A stretch of DNA of 62,508 nucleotides, the filler included, from Stramenopiles sp. TOSAG23-3 (taxonomy: Eukaryota): NCBI GenBank assembly GCA_900128585.1. It is 6 parts of 6 records of this genome, joined end to end, with 100 filler letters (N's around TTAATTAATTAA, not from the genome) between each part and the next. Parts side by side here need not be neighbours in the genome. Positions count along the whole stretch, not along the records: positions 1 to 26,861 come from LT642266.1; positions 26,962 to 53,764 come from LT642267.1; 4 more parts are not named here. The stretch is one strand, 5' to 3'. This document shows, one piece after another, positions 22,701-30,581 of this stretch (the stretch's first letter is position 1; the number at the start of each line of letters is the position of its first letter). The notes under the pieces were generated by a model. It made no database searches. It was not told where the DNA came from and saw only the letters and a list, made by a program, of their open reading frames with translations. Position numbers and translations under genes: made by a program.

Positions 22701-23816
22701 ATGAGTCTCCTGAGGCGTTTCTATGACTTGATCAAAAGTAATTCTCCCTTTGTAGGAAGTAAATCACGACAGATCCAGAGGGAAGTAGACACACTGCGGG
22801 TCTATATGCTTACGCAGTACCACAAGGAACTTAGTTCAGGAGTGAAGATTGATAGAAACGAGTTTTTTGGTCGTGCAGAAAACGTTTCTCATGACAGTCA
22901 AGTGCAGGCCGTTGAAGAGAATTTACTTGGTCAGGTCGGACGCTTATTTGCAATTTTTTACGACTGCGACCCTCAGGCAAAGCCACCAGAGGACGATTTG
23001 TCCGAGAAGTCTGCGGCAAACCGCAGCGTGTACGATGAGTTAGAGCAGGAAGGAGTGGAGCCCGATAGTTTCCCGATTCACAACCCCGGGACTTCTAGAC
23101 GCCGGCGAGTGCCCGAGAGCGACAAGGAGGACGCTTTCAATATCTTTAATGGCGCCCTCAGAGCTGCCATGGGTTTTTCGGTACACACGAGGCCGTCCCT
23201 TATACCTGGAGCAGGGGACGGCGTTTTTGTAGAGGGCACCGTGCCCCCCGGCGCAGTGGTTGCGTTGTACCCCGGTGTAGTATATTTGCGTGATTACGTA
23301 CAAGCAGGTGATCACGATGGGCTTTTCGGTAGCGAAGACGATGGTGCTTACACGATTTCGCGGTTTGATGGGACGATTATCAATGCTGATTGTCCTCTTA
23401 TCGGCCGACACACCCCACTTGCTGTGGGCCACATCGTCAACCACCCGTCTGGGATTCCAGATGCCAGCAGCAGTGCGAGCCCCGGGTCAGAGATCCTGGA
23501 AGCAAAACTGTTTGACCAACCAAACGTAATGGTATTCCCAATTAATTTTCCGCGGGAGAGGGGAGAGGGGGACGAGAACGCTGCGCTCCGTCCGCAGTGG
23601 TATCCGTACATACCGAACACGTATTACAAGCCAGCGACCGTGTGGAGTACGGAAGAAGCAAAGAACAGTCAAGTGCAGGGACTGGCGTTAATAGCAACCC
23701 GTGAGATTGCTGATGGGGAGATCTACTTAGATTACAGGTACAATCAAAGTTTAAAATTACCAGCCTGGTACAAACCAGTCAACGTGGAGGAAAACGAAAG
23801 GCGCTGGGCGAAGTAG
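22701..23816 (+). CDS. SET-domain protein, SETD9-like
   Basis: PSLIPGAGDGVFV, VVALYPGVVY, AVGHIVNHP, PNV, LIATREIADGEIYLDY. ATG 22701 (MSLLRRF). Confidence 0.85.
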   Translation: MSLLRRFYDLIKSNSPFVGSKSRQIQREVDTLRVYMLTQYHKELSSGVKIDRNEFFGRAENVSHDSQVQAVEENLLGQVGRLFAIFYDCDPQAKPPEDDLSEKSAANRSVYDELEQEGVEPDSFPIHNPGTSRRRRVPESDKEDAFNIFNGALRAAMGFSVHTRPSLIPGAGDGVFVEGTVPPGAVVALYPGVVYLRDYVQAGDHDGLFGSEDDGAYTISRFDGTIINADCPLIGRHTPLAVGHIVNHPSGIPDASSSASPGSEILEAKLFDQPNVMVFPINFPRERGEGDENAALRPQWYPYIPNTYYKPATVWSTEEAKNSQVQGLALIATREIADGEIYLDYRYNQSLKLPAWYKPVNVEENERRWAK

Positions 23817-23952
23817 TAATTTATAAAGTAAAATTAAATTAGTGCATAATAAAAAACAAAAAACAAATGGTGCCTTTTAGAAAAACAAGAAAAATATTTT
23901 TTTCCCATTGACTAATACTCGCACTTTAAGACCGCCCCACCCACGCCGACTT

Positions 23953-24510
23953 CTACCGAGCTTTCTTCAGCAGGTACAAGTCTTGCTTATGCTTCAGTTC
24001 TATATTCGCGATCTTTGTCTTCACTGCTCGCGCCCACTCTATTTTCATTCGCCTGATTTCTTTCTCGCATTTCGCTTCAATTTCTTGGGTTACTTTAGAA
24101 TGTTTTCCAGAAGTACTGTCTTTCCACTCTCGTAATTCGCGAATCTCGTTTGTCAGAGCCGAAACGTTCTGATTAGCTGCTTTCACCGCATCAGTTTTTT
24201 TCGCCAATTCTTTGCCCAACTCTTCCACCCGAGAAGACGAGGCTTCTAACTCTTTTTTCATTTGTACAGTATTCCTAGCAAATTGTTCCCGTAAGTCAGA
24301 CTCGTGTAGCATTCTGATTTTGTCATAGTTTGCAACTTTGTCGCCAAGGTCGGCATTTTTTATCCTTAGCTCCTTGTTTTGAATCCTGAGTTTACCGGAT
24401 TCTTCCTTCATCATTTCATAGAGGTAATTTAATTGAGAAAAAGCCACCTCTTCCGTCTCATTGCCCCTACCAGTGTCAAAGTCTTCCAGGCCCGTAGCGA
24501 GCGTTGCCAT
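23953..24510 (-). CDS. Coiled-coil protein, uncharacterised
   Basis: 185-aa ATG ORF with E/K/L-rich heptads. Confidence 0.75.
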   Translation of the reverse strand: MATLATGLEDFDTGRGNETEEVAFSQLNYLYEMMKEESGKLRIQNKELRIKNADLGDKVANYDKIRMLHESDLREQFARNTVQMKKELEASSSRVEELGKELAKKTDAVKAANQNVSALTNEIRELREWKDSTSGKHSKVTQEIEAKCEKEIRRMKIEWARAVKTKIANIELKHKQDLYLLKKAR

Positions 24511-24932
24511 ATTCTATCTATGAACTGTGTTGTCCGCTTATCCGTCAGCAACCTTTTCAAACACAACGAGAGCAGATGTCCACGAATCTTATTCCCACTG
24601 TTTTAGAAAACAGAATGTACCTATAAATTGCTCTGCCTCGATTGGATTATGTCCTCTTTTTCATTTTAGGTAGTCTATTTTAATAAATGCCATGGATTGA
24701 GTGTGGTTTCAATTAGAAACAGTTGTTTTTAATAAATAATAATTAGTATTAATAGTATAGTAGTATTTTTTTATTAGTCGTCGTCTTCTTCTTCTTCTTC
24801 TTCTTCCTCCTTCTTATTTTTTTTTCTTTCTTGTTGTTGTTTTGTTGTTGTTGTTTGTTGTTGTGATGAATGATGCGAATAATATTGAGGATTAATTTTT
24901 TTTAACACTATACAAATCAAGTAAAAAACAAT

Positions 24933-26861
24933 TTAGCGATACGACCGGCTACTCCAATGAAAGCTTGGGGGAATATTTGGGGTTTGACCCAATTGCGAGT
25001 TCACAAAACGAACAGAATTTAGTTGAGCGAGGCGGCTTTCACAAGATACTAGCTCATTTCGAACGGCTTGCTCACGCTCCAGGGCGCGCTTTAGTTCTAT
25101 GGCCATTTGTTCCATCGTCTCCGTCTGGGGCTTCACAAGACTTTTTAAATGGTTGTACTCCACCTGCATGGCTCTGAGGGAGTTTTCTAGTTCCGCTGCT
25201 TTAGTGTCGGACACTGACAGCTTGGTCTTTAGGTCCTCCACCAAACGCTTGTCGGCCTCTAGTGTGACCAACCTTTCCTTCGCAAATTTCATCTCCACAT
25301 TTTCCTCACGCAGCCGGATATTTTCGCGCTCCGTTTCAGCGTATTGCTTCTTCATGTTCGTCAGGTCTACTTCTCTCTGATGCAGCATTTCCTCAAGTTG
25401 CTTTCCTGTTTCGTGCAGTTGAGAGGAATCGGTCTCAACGCGCATTTTCAACTCACGACCATTTCTTATTTCTCCCCCCACGTTTCGCACCGAATTGGAA
25501 AGGGCTTCGTAATCCTGCGACAGGCGCTGAAGGGCATCACTTTGAAACTTTACGACCCCCAGGATCTGCTCGCGGGACAGGTGCAAATCGGAAACTTGCC
25601 GGTCAAACCGCTCCACTTTCTTCAATAATACGCCTCGCTCTAACTCTATTTTCTCCGACAACCGTTTCTCTGCACTCCTTTCTTGGCTTACCCGGGACAT
25701 TTTTTGCCTTGCAGCCACTAAGTTTTTCATGGCAATGGAATCCTCTTCCTTCAACCGCTTGATCTCTTTTCTTTCGTACTGCAAATCACTCTTCAACGTC
25801 GCGATTTCGATTTCTAGGCGGTTCGCCCGTTTGCCCTCCTGCTCACTCAGCTCCTTCAACGATTCTATGGTCTCTTGCGCTTTCTGGTTGGTTTCGATCC
25901 AACGCTTCGTTTTCTCCTTCCATTCTAATTGCGAGCTTTGCCGCAACCTTTTCGCTTCATCCAGGTCCGCTTTGTACTGCTGTACTTGGGCCGCAAATTT
26001 GTCGCACTCCCCCTCTTTAAGCATCAAGTCTTGCACCGCCTGCAGACGGTCGTGGCTCATTGCCCCCAGCGCCCCCTCCTTCTTCACGGCGTCCGATCTC
26101 AACGCCCGTTCACGTTCCGCGAGAACGGACATTTCACGGCGCAGCTCTTGCAGAGAATCGTTCAACGCCATCTCGTTTGTATTGTAGCGCTTCGACTCGC
26201 TCAATAAACTGGTACTTGCTTCTCTCGCATCGCACTGCACTACCTCCATGTCCCGCCTCAACCTCGCAGTTTCCTCCGTCTTCTCTGCGAGCATGTCACT
26301 CAACTCTCGGATCCGTTGCATGGCTTGGTCTAAATTTGCTCTTAAATCGCCAGCCTTGTCCTCGGACACAGCATTTACCGCCTTCATCTTTTCTTCATAT
26401 TCTAAGTTTTCGCCCGAAAGCTCCGCTATCGTCCGGTTTTGAACATGAAAGGCCGATTCCAGGTCCGCTTTCTTCACCAGGGCTTTCTCCAGCTCGCGCC
26501 TCAAGGTCTTAATTTCAGCTTTTGCCGACTGTTCAGTACGGTGCTTTATTTGCAGCATAGAGCTCGTGAGTTCTTGGGCGTGATTTTCCCGCCTTGACAC
26601 CTCGTCATTCAGGCGATGGGACATCTCTTGATTCTTCATGCTCAGCCTTTCGCTCTGTCGGTCTGATTCCGCCAGCTGCCGCTCCAACTCCAGCGCTTTT
26701 TCCGCTAGCTCTAAATTTTCCCCCTCAAGCAGTGATACGTATTGCGCCTGGGAGGAACGCGCCAACTTAATCCTGTCCGAGACGCCTTCTTTTTGAGCGC
26801 CAGGATTCACGCTCGCAGAGTAGTTTAGCATACTGTCCAAGTTCAATTCGCGCCCGATGGT
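24933..26861 (-). CDS. Long coiled-coil protein, 5' truncated at the contig end
   Basis: The frame is open from the contig edge at 26861 to the stop at 24933. The sequence is continuous E/K/R/L/Q-rich heptads. Confidence 0.82.
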   Translation of the reverse strand, partial: TIGRELNLDSMLNYSASVNPGAQKEGVSDRIKLARSSQAQYVSLLEGENLELAEKALELERQLAESDRQSERLSMKNQEMSHRLNDEVSRRENHAQELTSSMLQIKHRTEQSAKAEIKTLRRELEKALVKKADLESAFHVQNRTIAELSGENLEYEEKMKAVNAVSEDKAGDLRANLDQAMQRIRELSDMLAEKTEETARLRRDMEVVQCDAREASTSLLSESKRYNTNEMALNDSLQELRREMSVLAERERALRSDAVKKEGALGAMSHDRLQAVQDLMLKEGECDKFAAQVQQYKADLDEAKRLRQSSQLEWKEKTKRWIETNQKAQETIESLKELSEQEGKRANRLEIEIATLKSDLQYERKEIKRLKEEDSIAMKNLVAARQKMSRVSQERSAEKRLSEKIELERGVLLKKVERFDRQVSDLHLSREQILGVVKFQSDALQRLSQDYEALSNSVRNVGGEIRNGRELKMRVETDSSQLHETGKQLEEMLHQREVDLTNMKKQYAETERENIRLREENVEMKFAKERLVTLEADKRLVEDLKTKLSVSDTKAAELENSLRAMQVEYNHLKSLVKPQTETMEQMAIELKRALEREQAVRNELVSCESRLAQLNSVRFVNSQLGQTPNIPPSFHWSSRSYR

Positions 26862-26961
26862 NNNNNNNNNNNNNNNNNNNNNNNNNNNNNNNNNNNNNNN
26901 NNNNNTTAATTAATTAANNNNNNNNNNNNNNNNNNNNNNNNNNNNNNNNNNNNNNNNNNNN
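26862..26961. other. Artificial contig spacer (44 N + TTAATTAATTAA + 44 N)
   Basis: Exactly 100 nt with a 12-mer giving stops in all six frames. The identical structure recurs four more times. Confidence 0.97.
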
Positions 26962-26974
26962 CCCCCCCCCCAGT

Positions 26975-28939
26975 ATGTTCGGCGTTGTCCTAAACGACCC
27001 CGCCCAGCTTTCCCAAAAATGGAAAAATTTCTCGAAAATTTGCAGGGAGGGACCACGTGGGCTGTTCCATTCGTACGTTCATATCCCGGGGATACTGAAC
27101 CACGTGGACGAGTACGGGAAAACGTGCTTGCACTACGCCAGCGAGGCGTCCGATCCACGGCTTTTGCAAGACCTCTTGGCACTGAACGCGGCAGGCCTGG
27201 ACAAAATCATTAACCTCAAAGACCATTTGGGACGAACGGCCCTTTACTTTGCCTGTCGGTCTTCCGTTTCTGACGCCGTTCCGCTGCTCATCGATGCCGG
27301 TGCAACCGTGTCCAAAACCGACTGGGCAGTGGATACATGCATGCGCTGGTCCCTCCACTCCCATTCCACAGAAGGGCTGGTCCGCGTGCGGGTAAACTCG
27401 ACCCATTTCTTGGTAGAGGTTTCTCTGTTTCAGTGCAGACGGGCCAACGGGTCCCTCTTTGAAAAAATGTTTAAACCAAAAACAAACCCGGAAACGAAGC
27501 TGGCGGTCCCATTGTCCGCGTCGATGTTGAACAATTGGTGCGTCATGAACTTGGGGAATATAAAAGGCAAGCCAAAATCGTTCCCGATCCAAGACCCCGA
27601 GTTTCTTTTGGGGCACGAGCACCCGAAGGAATTGATATGGGAGGGTTTGACAGCACAGTGCCCGCTGCTTCCAAAGTCCGTGGACAAAGTAAGCCGCGCT
27701 ATCTTGCATCTTCGCATTGGCACGCACGTTCGTCTGGGCACAATGGGTTACAAAGGCAACGGGGCCTACCAGGGCATGGTTGGAGTCGTAAAAGAATTCG
27801 TGCTCGACGAGAAAAGCGGAAAACGTTTCCCAAAAGTCATCTTTTCCACGGACTCGCCTCTTGCGCCGCCACGCGACTTGCTGCAGCAGGCAAGGGGGCA
27901 GGATTCCGTGGTAGAAGTGGTCGTAAAGTACGAGACAATCCAGTGGTTTTTAAAAAAAGAAAAAATATCAAAACCAGAGCTTGCGGGGTCTGTTAAACTG
28001 GTCCCCCTTGCAATTGCGTACGTTCCCTCCCGACCGACTTACCGCTCGAACGAATTTGGGTTTGAGGCGTGCACTGCAGAAGTGTACATTCCCGGCGTAT
28101 CCAGTGAAGAGAATTTTCGTGCAATCATAGGTTTCTTGGAACTCGGCCCCCAGTCACTGCCAAGTGATATGGGGGTTCGCAGCTCGCTACAGCGCGATGC
28201 AAAGGCCATTCACCTGTCCTCACTCTACGATGTGCTGACGCAGGCCCAGAGAGACTTCGACGTTGCCCCATTCTCCCGGTACGCCAAGCCACGGTTTGCA
28301 CCAGGGGATTGGATCGCTGTCCCACCTTCCGATTGGCAGCTTTTGTTGGGAGCAACCAAAGACCCAAACTCGTGGTACGTGAATGTAGTAGGGCGGTCTT
28401 GTAAAGAAAAGCGCAAGGTGATGGAGAGGGCTGCTGCCGACAAGAAAAAAGAAGAACAAACAAAGGAGTCATGTTTTTACGTTAAGTTTTCAAACGAAAA
28501 CCCAGAGGGGTCAAACTTGTATTTGCAGACCGCGTTTGGTGGCTTAATGGAGAACCAGTTCTCTGCAATACTATTTTATGGTAAAAACATTTCAGATGTT
28601 GGCAAATCTAATCTGGGGGATTTTTTTCAAATACGAGAGAAGCGAGTCAAGTCTTTTGCAACGGGGAACGAAACGTACAAAAGTAATCTGGAGGATGTAT
28701 GGTTGAAAAACAGAAAAATATTTGGGGGAACCTTCTTAAACAACATAGAGGAAGCCTGTTCTGTGCGAGGGCACATTGTTGGAATAGGATTATGGAGTTA
28801 TGATAACGTCTCCGCACCAGAGAAAAAGACAAAAGGTGGGAAACAAAATCGGAAACCGCCGAAACCCAACACTGGCAATTATGCTCGACGAGCACAAACA
28901 AATCGTGGGAAGCACATGAGTATGTTTATCAGAGCTTAA
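26975..28939 (+). CDS. Ankyrin-repeat + BTB/POZ protein with a Pif1-helicase-like insert (possibly 5' truncated)
   Basis: Ankyrin motifs DEYGKTCLHYA and DHLGRTALYFAC. KCTD-type BTB halves at aa ~136-167 and ~368-422. The intervening sequence LHLRIGTHVRL...GMVGVVKEF...FPKVIF...VPLAIAY resembles Pif1 domain 2B. Confidence 0.75.
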   Translation: MFGVVLNDPAQLSQKWKNFSKICREGPRGLFHSYVHIPGILNHVDEYGKTCLHYASEASDPRLLQDLLALNAAGLDKIINLKDHLGRTALYFACRSSVSDAVPLLIDAGATVSKTDWAVDTCMRWSLHSHSTEGLVRVRVNSTHFLVEVSLFQCRRANGSLFEKMFKPKTNPETKLAVPLSASMLNNWCVMNLGNIKGKPKSFPIQDPEFLLGHEHPKELIWEGLTAQCPLLPKSVDKVSRAILHLRIGTHVRLGTMGYKGNGAYQGMVGVVKEFVLDEKSGKRFPKVIFSTDSPLAPPRDLLQQARGQDSVVEVVVKYETIQWFLKKEKISKPELAGSVKLVPLAIAYVPSRPTYRSNEFGFEACTAEVYIPGVSSEENFRAIIGFLELGPQSLPSDMGVRSSLQRDAKAIHLSSLYDVLTQAQRDFDVAPFSRYAKPRFAPGDWIAVPPSDWQLLLGATKDPNSWYVNVVGRSCKEKRKVMERAAADKKKEEQTKESCFYVKFSNENPEGSNLYLQTAFGGLMENQFSAILFYGKNISDVGKSNLGDFFQIREKRVKSFATGNETYKSNLEDVWLKNRKIFGGTFLNNIEEACSVRGHIVGIGLWSYDNVSAPEKKTKGGKQNRKPPKPNTGNYARRAQTNRGKHMSMFIRA

Positions 28940-29934
28940 CGCAACTATGTAAATCGAAGGAAAACGAGGAGTTGGGGAAAGAAAAACGGGGTGTAGACTT
29001 AAAATCGAAGGGCAAGCATTTTTTTGGGAAAGGGTATGAATTGCGTCATGGATACAAAAGCCGCCAAGTGAGAATAGGAAAGGGAGAATATGAAAGAAGG
29101 AAGGAAAAAGATGAATTTATAGAGCACCGTTACGTTCCATATTCGACGCTTCGACCATACTTGGAAATTGTTGCAGGGTGCTGCGGTACATCGAAAGTGA
29201 CACGGCATTTCTTAGAGCAAGCATTGGAGCGTTGGAAAAAATGCGCAATGGAACCAGAGCGTTCTGGAACAACGAAAACAAACGAAAATGATGAAAAAGG
29301 CAAAAACAACGAAACGAGCAAATATGCGTTTTCGAATAGAGCACCAAACAAGTTTAGCGTAGATTTAGACCGCGTCGATAAGGAGGTAGAACTGGGAGAA
29401 ATTAATAAGACACATTTTAAACCACTTTTTCACGTGGTGATAGAAACTGTTGCGAACAGCATATATGCCCTAAAAAAAAATGGTGAAAAAAAGAAAGAAA
29501 AGGTGCACATCTGCGACAAGCGACAAGCTTTATGTGCATATGGAACTTGGCTGCTGGGGTGCCTCATGCTGCATGAAAAGGATCTTGCAGAGATGGGGGC
29601 GTACAAATTGCCAACCAAGAAAAAAAACCTTATTGATGTCTTGACCGAGTGTTTGAACCACCATGTTAAAAAAATGAAAACATTGACAAAGATAAAATGG
29701 GAAGACAAAGAGACACCAGACATGCAAAAAGAATTAACAATTTTTTTTTGTAAAACGTCAATTTTGCACAGCGCGCGATGTCTAGTCTTGTTGCACAAAT
29801 CCGCAGAATCCGCAGTTCAGAAGAAAATAAAGTTAAGCAAGCTCGATAAGGATGAGTTAGAAAAGTTAAAGAACGATTCCCTCGGGTTTGGGCCATTGGA
29901 AAAGATGATCTTAAGAGAAGCGTGGTTGTTATGA
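28807..29934 (+). CDS. Lys-rich uncharacterised ORF, possibly the frameshifted continuation of the 26975 gene
   Basis: The frame is open from 28807 (after TAA at 28804) to 29934 and overlaps the upstream ORF by ~130 nt. The first in-frame ATG is only at ~29248. Confidence 0.55.
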   Translation, partial: RLRTREKDKRWETKSETAETQHWQLCSTSTNKSWEAHEYVYQSLTQLCKSKENEELGKEKRGVDLKSKGKHFFGKGYELRHGYKSRQVRIGKGEYERRKEKDEFIEHRYVPYSTLRPYLEIVAGCCGTSKVTRHFLEQALERWKKCAMEPERSGTTKTNENDEKGKNNETSKYAFSNRAPNKFSVDLDRVDKEVELGEINKTHFKPLFHVVIETVANSIYALKKNGEKKKEKVHICDKRQALCAYGTWLLGCLMLHEKDLAEMGAYKLPTKKKNLIDVLTECLNHHVKKMKTLTKIKWEDKETPDMQKELTIFFCKTSILHSARCLVLLHKSAESAVQKKIKLSKLDKDELEKLKNDSLGFGPLEKMILREAWLL

Positions 29935-30010
29935 ACAAATTATATAGTATGTTTTAATAAGTCAGAAAAGAAAAGAAAAAAGAAGGTAGCTATGATAAAT
30001 TTAATTAAGA

Positions 30011-30221
30011 TACTTAAATAACAGCCAATTTTCTTGTTTTTTAAAAAGAAGGTAAAACCGTTCAAGAACCCAAACTCCTCCGCAGCGTAAATGTTATACT
30101 CGGGTTATTTAAATTCAGTAAAAACCTAAGGCCATAATTGTGTTTTAAAAGATAAAATATGTGTTAATCATTAAACAACAAGAAAATTGGCTGTTAAAAT
30201 TGGCTTGTTTTTATTTAAGTA
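30011..30221. repeat. Inverted pair of the dispersed AACAAGAAAATTGGCTGTTATTTAAGTA motif (MITE-like arrangement)
   Basis: 30011-30040 is the exact reverse complement of 60247-60276. An opposite-orientation, interrupted copy lies at ~30176-30221. Further copies are at ~30361 and ~53945. Confidence 0.65.
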
Positions 30222-30394
30222 ATTAAAATGAATTGTAAATAGTAGTTTATCAGAAACATCATATATTTTGGTTTTTTCAGAAACATCACAAACATCACAA
30301 ACATCACAAACATAACATCCAGGTCCCCATAGTATAGTATTTGTTTTTTTTTATGTTTAATAACAGCCAATTTTTTGTTTTTAATCAATTAATG

Positions 30395-30486
30395 AAAAAA
30401 ACTAAACACGATATAGTATGTTTTAAGACTCTCAAGATTATCTCAATTGTAAGACTGATCTAATTTTGCAACTGCTAAAATTCATA
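30395..30486. repeat. Dispersed ~90-bp repeat, copy 1
   Basis: ATATAGTATGTTTTAAGACTCTCAAGATTATC..CAATTGTA..ACTGATCTAA..TTTGC.ACTGCTAAA aligns with 53414-53512. Confidence 0.85.
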
Positions 30487-30581
30487 TCACTTAGAATCAA
30501 TAATGATATTCTCACAATTTAAAACGAACAAAAAATCGTGTGTTACAAAAAATTTACCAAAACCACCCAGCACCCTTCTTG

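Noticed and set aside
26906-26917. Palindromic TTAATTAATTAA as a biological site (also at 53809, 55995, 58181, 60367)
   Set aside because: Always centred in exactly 44 N + 44 N; it is an artificial six-frame-stop linker.
28838-28844. GGGAAAC as a -1 programmed frameshift slippery site
   Set aside because: It reads GGG AAA C in the upstream frame, not the required G GGA AAC phase.
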